Of a stretch of 64,000 bases of DNA, positions 46,007-57,838 are shown piece after piece. Both the position numbers and the translations under genes were made by a program. Every line of letters starts with the position of its first letter. Position 1 is the first letter of the stretch. Origin of the DNA: Fistulifera solaris (lineage: Eukaryota); NCBI GenBank assembly GCA_030295235.1, contig AP026128.1, forward strand, positions 1,116,001 through 1,180,000. Reading direction: 5' to 3'. The notes below the pieces were generated by a model. That model made no database searches, had not been told where the DNA came from, and worked only from the letters and a program-made list of their open reading frames with translations.

Positions 46007-47397
46007 TGCACTCCAGTTCGCCGTAATGAATGTGGCCGTCGTTGTACCAGTTCCCAATCAGTCATTAGCTCCATATCATTTTAAAACAGCTATTTACTCA
46101 TTGAAATGCAGCTCAAACAAAATATAGCAGCATTTATCATTAACAGTTACAAGTATTACGGAGTATGTTTTAATCGCAAAAAAAAAAAAAAAATGTTTTA
46201 ATCGCATCATCATACACGTCTTTCGTTCAACTTTTCTGGATGAAGTGATGACGTCACAAACGAGGTTCATGATTACAGTGAAGTCGTGGTAAACCAACAA
46301 TTTAGGTCTATAGTGATATATTGAAGAAAGTCTCGCGTCGCATAACTGCTTCCACGAGCGGCGCGTGGCGGATCGTGATGATCGTGTTCTTTGATGATGA
46401 AGAACAGTGGATGCCATTCTCGCATTCGCAACTTCGCAGCTCGCAAACAGCCCAATAGCTTCCACAAAGATACCATGATCCTCTCACAAACCTTGGAACC
46501 GTCCAAAGTGCTTACAGATCACGAAAAAGATGAGCAGAAGCACCGATGATTCATTTCAAGCTTCAGATGCGAAGCTGCACGATTATCATGAGTGCGGCTA
46601 CGATGCTATGGACTGGGAATCCCTTTGCTTCTGTTTGTTCTTGGATTGCCGGAAAGCTCGATAAGCGTCGCATCGAAAACCATGTAAAGTCATGCACAAA
46701 TATTCCTGTGCTGATATCCATACTGCAATTGAATCATTGCTCCGATTGGTCCTTCTTTGACTCGACGAAGACCAAATGACAATCTATCAAAGGACGGCCG
46801 AACTCTATAGGCCTCGATTATGTGAAAATAATTTACTTTCGTATGCTGTGTTTATCTTAGTGATCTTTTCAGAAGATTTAGCTAGGGCCATAGCTTGAGC
46901 CGGTAGTGTATGGGGGTCGTTGTGCTATCGCGGCGTTTTTTTACGGCGCAAGGCGTGCAAGTCATGAGAACTAGGAAATGCAACATAGTTTTAGTCGAGC
47001 ATGAAAGGAGACGGCGCCTTCACACATTACATGTGAAATTTCACATGTGTTCAAATGGAAATGTTTCGAAAAGATCTCATTCATTATTTTTTCATACGGA
47101 GTAGCTAGTATGATTACCGATAAGACAGTTAAACCTATGACGTTTGTAAAGATACTCGTTGGGGAAAATCTGAGTGTCCGAGTATGTCTGATGTTGTACT
47201 TTGGGCACCTACCAGTTCTCACTAATTCGGACTCAGTGACATTCGGCGCTGAACATTGGCGACTTTTTACTCCAAAACCCCGATTAGAAGAAGACAATGC
47301 AACAAAGAGCAATGCAAGCCATCGCCCATTATTTCACAACACTCGCTCAGCTTCTGCAAATTTCTTGCTTCTTGCTTTGACTCCCTTTGTAACAAAA

Positions 47398-47820
47398 ATG
47401 GCAACAACTGCGGTTGAATACGGTCAGGACGTCTCCGAGACCAATTACTATGAACAAGAGATGCAATACGAAGACATGGGATACAATGATGACGTAAACT
47501 ACAGCTATGACGATCAACAAATGTATGATTATGGAAATAATCAAGATGACATGTATGGATACGATAGCCAGGACTACGGCTATGGGGATCAGTCGGATCC
47601 ACCGAACAGCAGCGAGCCGGTTGATATGGGCTACGAGGAAGATTGCTCTCCGCCCCCTGAATCTGAGAAACCCGAACCGAAGGCTCGTCGACCTCGACGT
47701 CGTTGCTCTGTGACAAAGTATTCCTTGGAGGAAAGTGCTCAATCCGGTTCCCCAGAAGCGGAGATGGTGAAGAACCTCCATGCTGCCGAAATGTTGCAAA
47801 AGTTCCGACAAGGACTTTAA
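47398..47820 (+). CDS. Tyr/Asp/Gly-rich hypothetical protein, paralog of 41941-42417
   Basis: YSYDDQ, DYGYGD, DMGYE, RRCSVTKYSL and EAEMVKNL.AAE...FR shared with the minus-strand copy. Confidence 0.8.
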   Translation: MATTAVEYGQDVSETNYYEQEMQYEDMGYNDDVNYSYDDQQMYDYGNNQDDMYGYDSQDYGYGDQSDPPNSSEPVDMGYEEDCSPPPESEKPEPKARRPRRRCSVTKYSLEESAQSGSPEAEMVKNLHAAEMLQKFRQGL

Positions 47821-48178
47821 CAAGCTTCTCGTCAGCTTCTTCATAGCTTCGCTCGTCACTTACTTCCAGCATTTGGGAGATCTCTAAAATTCAGTAACAT
47901 AGACCACCTTGTTTTCGAACTATATGATTTGATAACGGAATTTGAGTTGCGAGAACAAAGAGGAGATGACGATGATGAGTTTTTTTTTTGTGTTGCATTA
48001 TTGAACCCTAACTTTAACGGGATACGGTCGTGCATTGCAACGGCAAAAGATCACAACGGTCGCAAAAGAAAATTGCACGCGCACCATGGCAGCTCGTCCG
48101 CTGCACCGCCTCTCGAATAACAGTCCTCGTCAAGTCAGTTACAAGTGTAGTAAAAGGCCATTTTTGTTTCGCATTATC

Positions 48179-49378
48179 ATGATATCACTTTCCTTGTATT
48201 TACTGGCGCTTGCTCTCGTATCCTTCGGCTCTCCTGCCCATGCCGCTCTCACTCGAGCCAAACTCGAAGAGCTTCTCTTTGATCTGCGAGAAGAAGATTT
48301 GCGCATTGTTCGATGGGATGCTAGTGAACACACAGCTCAGCGGCAATACGCTGGTGGATGTGATTCTCTTTCCGCTGCTTTAGACGTTATTATTGATAGT
48401 AGCGAGTCTCACAAAATCAAAGCGATCGCCGCTGAATACGCGACTTTCTGTATTACAGATAATCCGAAGCATCGTCAAATCTTTTCGAAAAAAGGTCCTT
48501 CTATTTACAATGCCGTGACGGATCTCATCGCATCCAACAACAGCAAAGCTTCCGCCATGGCCAGTCATTTGGTATATATTGCCAGTTTTGCGAACGCCGA
48601 CAATCATGCGGGGTTTTTCAAAGCCGGTGCGGTGGCGAAGCTCTCTGCCGTCATTCAAGATAGCGTTAAAGAGAAATCAGATATTGTTCCATTTCAGGTC
48701 ATGTGGGCTGCTGCCGCTCTACAAAATCTAGCCGCGAGTTATTGTAACACGGAAAACAACGGAAGGTGCTTTTGGGAGTGGCCCAGGAAAGGTGACCATA
48801 TTGCGTTGAGCAAGGAATCTCTGCCGATGATCTCCAGTGGCGAAGCTGTTCGCAAGGAGATTGTTGAAGACCCACAACTGATTGAAATACTCGTGGAGTA
48901 CGCGTGTGAGGGTCCAGTGCAAGGCGAGATGAGCGACCAAAACCCATTCCCTGGCGAGAACGCCAAATTAGGCCGCCATGAATTGTCTCACAATATTATC
49001 GCCTGGGCGGCTACCGGTGCACTCAAAAATATTGCTCTCGAGCCATCCTCAAAACGTCGGGTCGAAATTGGCTTGCCATGTTATTGTCGCATGGCTCGTT
49101 CGCCAGACTGGCTGGAAGAAAATAAGGGATCCGGTCTCATGCATCATCTTCGTCGAGACGATCCGTGTTGGTTTTCGGACGAAGATGATTTGAATGGACC
49201 ACTTTGCATGGATCGCGCATTCTTGGATGCCGAGGGATATACTTGTACGGACTACGGCAGCGCCACAAACGAGGAGTGCAAAGCCACGGATGCAGCTGGA
49301 GTTCCAGCCAGTGTGGCGTGCTGCGGATGTCGTGGAGGAGATTGGGAAGACACTGATGACAGCGGCGATGAACTTTAA
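48179..49378 (+). CDS. Secretory-pathway armadillo-like protein with a C-terminal Cys-rich module and GDEL end
   Basis: Signal peptide MISLSLYLLALALVSFGSPAHA; ARM-like WAAAALQNLA and WAATGALKNIA; C.D...D.EGY.C..Y...A..ACCGC.GG; ends SGDEL. Confidence 0.8.
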   Translation: MISLSLYLLALALVSFGSPAHAALTRAKLEELLFDLREEDLRIVRWDASEHTAQRQYAGGCDSLSAALDVIIDSSESHKIKAIAAEYATFCITDNPKHRQIFSKKGPSIYNAVTDLIASNNSKASAMASHLVYIASFANADNHAGFFKAGAVAKLSAVIQDSVKEKSDIVPFQVMWAAAALQNLAASYCNTENNGRCFWEWPRKGDHIALSKESLPMISSGEAVRKEIVEDPQLIEILVEYACEGPVQGEMSDQNPFPGENAKLGRHELSHNIIAWAATGALKNIALEPSSKRRVEIGLPCYCRMARSPDWLEENKGSGLMHHLRRDDPCWFSDEDDLNGPLCMDRAFLDAEGYTCTDYGSATNEECKATDAAGVPASVACCGCRGGDWEDTDDSGDEL

Positions 49379-49429
49379 ATGGTAGATAGGTACATAAAAA
49401 AGTAGTCAAATAGAGTTAACATGTTTTTA

Positions 49430-50669
49430 TCACAAAGAAGCAAAAATTCATCCAAGTCTTCATCATCATTCGACTCGTTGAACTCAGTCGGGGATTCCTT
49501 AGCCGCTGAAACTGCTGCAGATTTCAGCTGTAAATTAGAATCAACTGATTTAACCTTCTTGTTCGACAACGATGGCTCCACGCTCAACGTCGTTCCACAA
49601 GGTAGCTGAACACCGTTCATCTTCCGTAAAAGAACAGCTGAGACAAACGAAACAACAGAGCAACGCGAAACAGCAACTTCACTACAAATTCCGTTTTTAA
49701 TGGAGTCCGCGCCTTTCCATACCTCATCATGCTACCAAGCATTCACACGTACCTGTCGACAAACCGTGTCCAGGAACTCTTCCGTATTCTGACAGCCTTC
49801 AAATATAATTAAGCCGTCACCTTTCATATTCCCTTGTACTTTGTCACGATACAGATGTATCTTTTCGATAATTCCGTATGATCTGAAAAGATCACGCAAG
49901 ACATTTTCATCAACCGACGACGAGTCGTCTTCAAAACCTGATACATAGACTGCAATCGAGTTTCGAATACCACTTCCTTTTGACATTGCCGATCCACTCG
50001 ATTTTTTCGAAGGCTAGTGCCTATTCCTGCTTGCGTAGCCATGTAATCCTTTCTTTGCTTTTGGGTCTCATATCGCTGCTGTTGACGCTCTTCCATAATC
50101 GCCAGGTATTCTCGATTCCATTCTTCAGCAGCCGAAAGTTCAGCAGCTTGTTGTTGCATTCGTTGTTGTTCCCGTGCTGTAACATATTCGAAATTTTTCT
50201 CAAGGAAGCGTTGTTTGCGTTCTTCTTCTTTCGCCAGACTGATTTGACGAACGGCAGCAAACACAGATGTGCCTGTCGTAGAGCTTTCAGATGGCTCTGA
50301 TAAGAAGTGTTGCTGTTGCTGCTGAAACCGTGATATAATTTTCTGAGCTCTATCACGAGCCGCCTGAATCTTTGTTGCATCATCGACGACAGCCAGCGAT
50401 GGCGGTTCGGTCGTTACGACTGATGTGACTTCCATTTCTTGATGAATTGGTTCGTCATCCTCTTCCACTTTGATAGCTTTGACAAATTGAGGAACAGTAT
50501 CAGCGGATTGTAACTGCTGCTCGTGGTATTCGAGACACTGCTGTAGATAACGCTGTGTCATATCGTCCGCAAACGAAGCTCCTAAGTGAGGAGCTGCTTG
50601 GGGCAAATAGCCGAGTCCTGCCACTTGCGCGTACTCGGTTTCTTCCTTTTCCTCTTTCATCGAGAACAT
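49430..50669 (-). CDS. RRM RNA-binding protein (Tat-SF1/HTATSF1-like RRM); intron 49621-49752; frameshifts
   Basis: AVYVSGF (RNP2), LFRSYGII.KI.LYRDK..G.MKGDGLI.F (RNP1), splicing to MNGVQL..G..LSVEP; C-terminus DLDEFFASL after adding one T. Confidence 0.8.
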
Positions 50670-51644
50670 CTTAGTCAAATGCTTTTATTCCTTGTTGCAT
50701 AAGCAATGTTTTGGTTTGCATTTTGCGATTGTTTTGAACGGCGGCTCGTTCTCTGCTCATCATTACGTATTATATTACTGTACCTGTTACTGTATTACCC
50801 CGGGGTACTTTGTAGTCGAGAATAAGCCACATGACTGGATCATCCGTGAATCATGAATGAAAGTAGAATGATTTTCTCTGTTTAATTCCACCAACAAGAC
50901 AGGTTTCACACAAAAATAGTCGTCTCTAATACATTCGGTATCAACGCTATCTGCTAGGTATATTATTTCAGTCGCAGCCTTTGACTTTTCACATCATAAA
51001 TCCTCGGATCGCACATTCCTCTATTTTACTGTAGACCACAGTGTAGACGACTTTTTCCTTGACTAGATTTGCAGTCACGAGTCATAAACTATGATACGAG
51101 TGAATAGGAGACAATATTTCCTCATTTACAGTCGTTTACAAGACAAACTTTAGCCAGCACTTATATATAATACAGTTGCCTTTGATTGTCAATAATTATT
51201 GTGAGTTCTACAATGCTCCCTTCTCCCTTCGATTGTTTTCGTCAAATTCCTTTAGATAAAACTTAGTTGCAGTAAGGTTGGTGTTAGTCATGACGTGTTT
51301 CCTCATAACGGTCGTCGGACGTACGGTACCCTTTACCGCTTTACTTGATCGTTTGTCACGTCCTTTCCAATCGAAGCAACATCTCGTTGTTGATGCTGTA
51401 ATCACTGCTCTTGTAGCTTTGCAATCATCAAGGTGTGTGATTAGAATTGTTCTATTCTATATGAATGTTTAATTTATTGCGGTTCGGAGGGACTTGCCGG
51501 AATCCTTTCATAGTGCGTTACGGATTGTCTAATTTTTCCCCTTGACGACCGAGAAACGATTCTGTCACTTTTGCCTTACTTTTTGACTCAGGTTTATTTA
51601 CTAATCTTTTCTTTTCCTACAGCAGAATAAATCAATAATATAAA

Positions 51645-52012
51645 ATGGTCAAAGCACACGAACTTCGCAGTTCCAGCAAGGAGGAACTTCTCAAAACCTT
51701 GACTGACCTCCGAAAGGAACTTTCCGAATTACAGGTCGCCAAAGTAACAGATGGAGCCGCCTCGAAAGTTGCCAAGATTAAGGGAGTACGCAAATCGATT
51801 GCCCGAGTTTTGACTGTTCACAACCAAATGCAAAAGAGGGTCTGCGCAAGGCTGCTGCCGGAGCCAAGTATTTGCCCAAAGATTTGCGTCTCAAGCAAAC
51901 CCGTGCCAAGCGCCGCGCTTTGACCAAGGCACAAAGAGCAAAGAAAACACACAAGCAATGCCGAAAGGCTGCCGCTTTCCCCAAAATCAAATTTGCCATC
52001 AAGGCCGAGTAA
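51645..52012 (+). CDS. RPL35: 60S ribosomal protein L35 (uL29); frameshift near 51835
   Basis: KAHELR...[35 protein letters not shown], then [20 protein letters not shown]...FP..KFAIKA. Confidence 0.95.
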
Positions 52013-52719
52013 ATAAATAAACATTAGGCTCAGGTTTTGCCAGCAAGGGTGCCGAGAAGTTCGACGGATCGTGCGCGTTGTGAATGTCCTTGGAGGTCAT
52101 CGAAAGTCAATGTTTGTCAATCGAAGCGTTTGTGCCGCAGCTTGGAGCTTATTGTAGTTTCTCTCGTTGCTATTAACCTCGGCTCGGTTTTTTGCTCGTT
52201 TAGTAAAGAATAGTTGTTTCGTGAAACCACCACCCTTAGCTAGGAAGGGGTCTTAGAAGAATATAGTTTCAGTTGAAACATAAGTTCAGGATATTGCACG
52301 CGTCTTTCTTGGCTTTTCTTGTCATGGTCCAAAGGATGGAGAGCCGACGCATTTCGACGTTTGACTTTGTGGAAGCCAGCGCCTAATCTTTATGTCTAGC
52401 GAATAGCTGCCCTTTCTTGTACAACAGTGTCGAATCTAAGGTTGCAAGAGGGATCAAAAGGGCAATGGAGATGACACAAATAATCTTTCAAATATTATTA
52501 CCAAGTCAGTTTCTCATGCTTCGGGTTGGGAAGTGACATCCTTACTCCTTAGCTCGTTGCTCGCGAAACGAGTCTGTAACGTCTGTCGTACGACGCGACG
52601 GAAACGCGGCATCATTATTTATTTTCGTTTTGCGCAAATTATTCGACGACAACAAAAACATTTGCTTTATTGCTTTTAGAAACAGTTGTTTTTAAACTAT
52701 ATTCACTACACGTAACAAA

Positions 52720-53853
52720 ATGGTCACACCATCGTCTCGACGCACGACGCGTGCGGCTCGTACATCTGTTTCGAGTCGAGGCCGGGTGCAGAAAAAGCAG
52801 AAGAAAGTCACGCAGAGTACCCCGGCTAAAAAGTGGTTCCGAGTGCAGCGAGCTCCGTCGCAAGATTGCGGGTTTGTTGTTTGGAAGTGGAAGCCCCTCG
52901 ATGAATTGACGGAAGAAGAGAAGGACCGGTTTTTCCCGAAAACAGAGAATGAAATCGTTGCAACATTAGTGCAGAGCACACCCGCAATGCACGAATCACT
53001 ACAGGTTCAAACCTCTGGAAGCCATTCAGAGTTACCCGCTATATCTACCGAGGCAAATACTCAGCACGTTACATCACATGATCTAACTACCACCACAATG
53101 CCGACTAACCTGCAAACGAGGACCGATCTGGAGATGAATGAACCTCCCATGAAGAGAGCGCGAATTGAGACCGACGCTGCCCCGCTTCAATCATCGTTAC
53201 CGACTCACTTTGAAGGTTTACATCCGCCACAGGCTTCTAACGGAGAGGCACTGTGTGCATCTCAGGCTATATTCATGGATGCGGATCAGGTGCCACTCGG
53301 CGATAATGAAACACGCAATAACGAAAGCGCACTCGATACATCCATGGATCTGGATACTGGAATCGATCCGTCGTCTTTTTCAACAGAAACGCCAGTAGAA
53401 GCTGTGGCTCCTATGGAAGTTGAGATTGGTACGGTGGGTGAGTCGGGAATCGCTTCTTCAACTGGAAATCAGACTGCGCCTGTTGAGGAAACAAATCCCA
53501 CTGCCCCGACTATGCAAACATCAGATGAAGCGCAAGCAAGCGTTGAAATGGAGTTGATTAACGAAACCGCGAATGATTGCAGCGACTTGGTTCCAGAGGC
53601 ACAAGCTGGCTTGGCATCAGCTGACCTGTTGACGTCGTCGAACCCTAGCAACACGGTTTCAAGTGATCTCAACGAATTGGCAGTGCCTCCCCAAGCAGAA
53701 TTGACTGACGCAACAAAATACGAGACACAAACTACAGAGGCAACGCAAGCCGATGTTGCAAAGCAGCAAAACGCTGAGAGCGAGGCAGCGGCGGCACTAA
53801 GTAGTCTTGCAGATATTTTTGCCAGCGAACCGAACGCGCCCGAAAGTAGTTGA
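52720..53853 (+). CDS. Hypothetical protein with a basic N-terminal motif (possibly BCL7-like) and an acidic disordered tail
   Basis: 377-aa ATG-started ORF; KKWFRV...GFVVWKWKP recalls the BCL7 N-terminal KKWV...IYKWVP. Confidence 0.65.
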   Translation: MVTPSSRRTTRAARTSVSSRGRVQKKQKKVTQSTPAKKWFRVQRAPSQDCGFVVWKWKPLDELTEEEKDRFFPKTENEIVATLVQSTPAMHESLQVQTSGSHSELPAISTEANTQHVTSHDLTTTTMPTNLQTRTDLEMNEPPMKRARIETDAAPLQSSLPTHFEGLHPPQASNGEALCASQAIFMDADQVPLGDNETRNNESALDTSMDLDTGIDPSSFSTETPVEAVAPMEVEIGTVGESGIASSTGNQTAPVEETNPTAPTMQTSDEAQASVEMELINETANDCSDLVPEAQAGLASADLLTSSNPSNTVSSDLNELAVPPQAELTDATKYETQTTEATQADVAKQQNAESEAAAALSSLADIFASEPNAPESS

Positions 53854-53898
53854 TGCAGAATGTACATAAGCTTGAAAGATTAAAAAAATGATTATTGC

Positions 53899-55122
53899 TT
53901 AAACCTTGCTGTAGTCCAGTTTAGACTCCAATTTCTTCGTGTCCAGAATCTTTCTTGCAGCTTTCATAAAGTCTTCTTCCAAGACATAGTCGCGATCATT
54001 ACGAATTGCAAAGAGCCCAGCCTCGGTACAAATATTGCGCATATCGGCTCCATTCAATCCGTCTGCTAGTTTGACAACACTTTCGAAATCAATATCACCT
54101 CGTTTCGTAATCGACGCGGCGTGAATTTTGAGGATCTCTAAGCGCTGCGTTTCGTTGGGTTCAGGGATCTCGATCTTGCGATCTAGACGTCCCGGGCGTA
54201 GCAACGCCGGATCCAAAATATCAGGTCGGTTCGTTGCCATAACCATCTTTACTTGACCATGAGTCTCGAACCCATCCATCTGGTTCAACAACTCCATCAG
54301 TGTGCGCTGAATCTCACGATCAGCAGAGGTACCTTCGCTAAATCGGCTACCACCAATAGCGTCAATCTCATCCATGAAAATCACGCAGGGCTCGTGATCG
54401 CGTGCAAAGCCAAACATTTCACGAATGACTCTCGCAGACTCTCCGATGTATTTGTCGACAATTGCAGACGCAACAACTTTCAAGAAAGTGGCGTTGATGT
54501 TTGAAGCCAATGCCCGCGCCAGCAAAGTCTTTCCAGTCCCCGGAGGTCCGTACAAAAGCACACCTTTCGGAGGTTTGATACCCACTCGAATAAATAGCTC
54601 TGGGTTGGTCAATGGTAACTCGATCACTTCACGCAGTTCTCGAATTTGCTCGCCCAGACCACCGATATCCGAAAAGCTCACCGACCCCTCCGTTTCGCTC
54701 GTTTGCATGTGAAAGACCGTAGGATCGACTTCACGAGGTAGAACTCGCATGATCGTCAATGTCGTCATATCCAAAGCTACTCTCGTTCCAGGTTTCAGGT
54801 TGTCATGATTCAAACGGGCTCGGCAACCGACAACATATCGAGGGCCGGAACTTGCCTTTACGATGAAGCGCTCTGAATCAAGGCGCTTCAACACGTCACC
54901 AATGATCTGACCCACCGACTGCAAAGCGGATAAATCATCTTCTGTCTTTTGAAAGCGCTTTTGCAAGCCTTTGACGTCTTCTCGCATGCGTTTGAGGCGC
55001 GCTTCGACCTCTCGATGTTCTCGGATCTTGGCGCGATATTGCTCGAGTACTTGCTCGCGTTCCGACCGCTCTTGCTGTTGCAGAGCTGGCGCATTGCTGC
55101 CACTTTCTGGTTGGTCGCTCAT
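53899..55122 (-). CDS. RPT4: 26S proteasome AAA-ATPase subunit RPT4 (PSMC6/SUG2)
   Basis: [56 protein letters not shown] and C-terminal KLESKLDY. Confidence 0.97.
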   Translation of the reverse strand: MSDQPESGSNAPALQQQERSEREQVLEQYRAKIREHREVEARLKRMREDVKGLQKRFQKTEDDLSALQSVGQIIGDVLKRLDSERFIVKASSGPRYVVGCRARLNHDNLKPGTRVALDMTTLTIMRVLPREVDPTVFHMQTSETEGSVSFSDIGGLGEQIRELREVIELPLTNPELFIRVGIKPPKGVLLYGPPGTGKTLLARALASNINATFLKVVASAIVDKYIGESARVIREMFGFARDHEPCVIFMDEIDAIGGSRFSEGTSADREIQRTLMELLNQMDGFETHGQVKMVMATNRPDILDPALLRPGRLDRKIEIPEPNETQRLEILKIHAASITKRGDIDFESVVKLADGLNGADMRNICTEAGLFAIRNDRDYVLEEDFMKAARKILDTKKLESKLDYSKV

Positions 55123-55745
55123 TGCTTTTTGTAATAAGAGAAAAGAACAGAATGTAGACGCTTTCGATATTCTGAGACTTGATTCAAGGTCAATGCTGTT
55201 TATTGACAATGTTATTGCGAGGCGACATCGTCTTTGTTCGGAACGTCTCTGCGAGCTTCCTGACGGATGGTGGGACAAACCACTCTTAAACCAACATTAA
55301 GTCTCTATAGTGCTCAATCTGTGCGACACGTGTTTCAGGTAATCACGGGTTATACTATTGAGACTTCCACCGAGAACAAAACCGCATCGAGAAGACCAAA
55401 AGTTGTTCACCATTAAAACTCAACGATAAAGTTGATAAGTCTACGAGTATATATTACTTATTCTTCATGCAAACATGCAAATACGGAATTGAGTTTCGCT
55501 GCTATTGGTCCATTGTCCTCTTGTTGAAATTGCTTCAGACAGTCCGAGCGCTCACTTTCGAGTAAAGAAAGCAAGCCCCAACACTTTGGTAAGAGTCGAA
55601 GCTTGAGTCCCTTTACCCGAAAGGGAGCGCGCGCACCATCTGAACCAATTTCATCAAGAAGGAGAATCGACTAGCTCCAAGCAGCTTTAAGAACACATCT
55701 CTAGCGCCACCCTGTTCCATTTAAACAAAACATGAGAGATAATTC

Positions 55746-56509
55746 TCAATATAATTGAGAGATGAGTGTGTTGGCCGTACCTTTGATCTTGCGTGACACT
55801 TTCGTTTTGGTCGCGACTTTGTCCTTCTTATATTTCATTCCTATTTTCGAAGCGTTTTTCTGTTGCGGCTTGCAAGAACAGGGATGCGTTTCGTGTAGTG
55901 TAACGCTTGCCATGATAGATGCTTTGAGAGACAGACCGTCACACTTTTCTCTTGGGAAGTGGAGCGGGGGAGGGATCGATGAGATCAGTATAGGGAGGGG
56001 GATACTTCCATTGCAATGGCGACAAATTTTGACAGGATGCTCCTCTTGAGGTTTGACAGGTAATACACAAACGTCTTCAACAGGGCTTGACCAGTTCAAG
56101 TCAGTGCATTCACTCAAACTCGAGGATTCTTCTGACACGCTGTATCGATCAGGGCATTCATCTTGCATGATTTCCAACCAATTGATACCGTACATCTCTT
56201 CGTCCAAAATCGACGCGACCAAAATGGACATCTCGTCGTCGTTCACTGGCTGCTCCGTTTCGAAGAACGAAAGATCTTCCTGTGCGACATCTGTATCACT
56301 CATGTTAATGTGATCCCCTGAGCTCATCGGTTCCAGTCTTGATTTCGCCTCGGCCGATTGCTAAACGTGCTTCATGAAGAATGAATTGACGAAAGATCGC
56401 TTCATCGATCTGCGGCTCCGCGAAAGATTTTGAGGAAGCCGTGCGATTGCTTCTCATGAAAGTCTCACGATAAGCGATGCCGTCACGTACATTCTTTGTC
56501 AAGGTGCAT
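55746..56509 (-). CDS. Hypothetical protein; boundaries uncertain (frameshifts; possible intron 55712-55780 and further exon)
   Basis: Overlapping minus ORFs 56305-56502 and 55746-56327; ATG at 56509; GTACGG...AACAG candidate intron. Confidence 0.45.
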
Positions 56510-56932
56510 CGTGTGATGTTTCCGTTTTGTTGAGAACCTTAGTTCGGCCGGCGAACACGAACCGCAACTACAATGCAGTTTGTCTCAGCACTTTCGCGGT
56601 CGCGCCGATCGATAAAAAGTTTATTGCTGCCGCAAGTCGCTTAATTTTTCGTAATTGTTTCATTATATCTTTGTTTTAAAACCGTTTGTCTTTATTATTA
56701 CGCAGCAACATTCGCGTCCGAGCACACACGCCAGTGAGCAAGCGCGGACGAGTTTTTTGTCGTCGCGAGTTCGTGAATGACTCATTTCGTCTTCTGTCAC
56801 TCGTCATCACCTGCTTTCTTTCATTCCTTTCCAAAAACTTGAGCTCTAAAATACATGGGGCTCCTTCATATGATTGCCATCTTCGCGTTTGTTGTTAATT
56901 TCCCTCGCACACATAGATTGATCGCACGCCAA

Positions 56933-57782
56933 ATGACCGCACACTCAGAATATCATACACTCGTTTCTCCAGCGACGACGACGACACGCAAAGGAAAAGT
57001 GTTGATGGTACACGGATGGGCTCAAAATGCATTCGTCTTTAGACAAAAGACCAAGGGGTTAACGAAGTACGTATTTTATTTGGTGTGGTCATCCTCGTCG
57101 TTACTCTCATATTTGTCTCTAACTTGGATACAACTTGTGAAAGCAAACTCAACAAAGCCGGATATGACTGCGTATTCCTCGAGGGTCCCCATCTTTTACC
57201 CCTAGCTAGTACGGTTCAAATCGATGGTGTGGATGTTCAAGTGGAGAATGGAAAACGCGAAAATGCCCGTGCCTGGTTCCTTTTGTCGGAGACGGATCCG
57301 GCGGATGCGAGTGAAAGCCAGTCCGGTCGTCCCTTGACCTATTTTGGTTTAAATGATGCTTTGGATAGAGTACAACATCAATTAGAACAGGAAGAGTCGT
57401 TTGTAGCTCTCATGGGATTTTCGCAAGGAGGAGTTTTCGCACACATTCTGTCTCGGCTGGCCGATGCAGGACATCCACCTTTAAGAAGATACGGGCAACG
57501 ATACTAGCGAGTGCTTTCGCTGCTCAGCACGTCGACGAATCCCCGTCGCGTCCCTTTAGTCACATTATCGCGAAAATGCCAGATCGAGAAACAATTTTGC
57601 TTCCTTCACTTCATATCATAGGAAAGAACGACACCAGTGTCCGTCCGGCGCTTAGTGAAGACTTGAGTGTCCTATTCGACAACCGGCAGTTTTTGTACCA
57701 CGAGAAAGGACACATCTTACCGCAAACGAGCGCAGCATGCCAGACAATGGTCGGATTTCTAGATCAGGTGTTGGATTCCTAG
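56933..57782 (+). CDS. FSH1/OVCA2-family serine hydrolase; intron 57067-57143; frameshift near 57490
   Basis: KVLMVHGWAQNA.VF, RAWF, nucleophile GFSQGG, PSLHIIGKND (Asp) and HEKGH (His). Confidence 0.9.
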
Positions 57783-57838
57783 TATTTGAAGTAAAATTAT
57801 CCGGAGGAGTATTGACATGCTGTTTTCAGCGCACCCCG

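Noticed and set aside
51200..51625. Possible 5' UTR intron or intronic snoRNA upstream of RPL35
   Set aside because: A branch point and acceptor (CTAAT...CCTACAG) are visible, but no confident donor or C/D or H/ACA boxes could be assigned.
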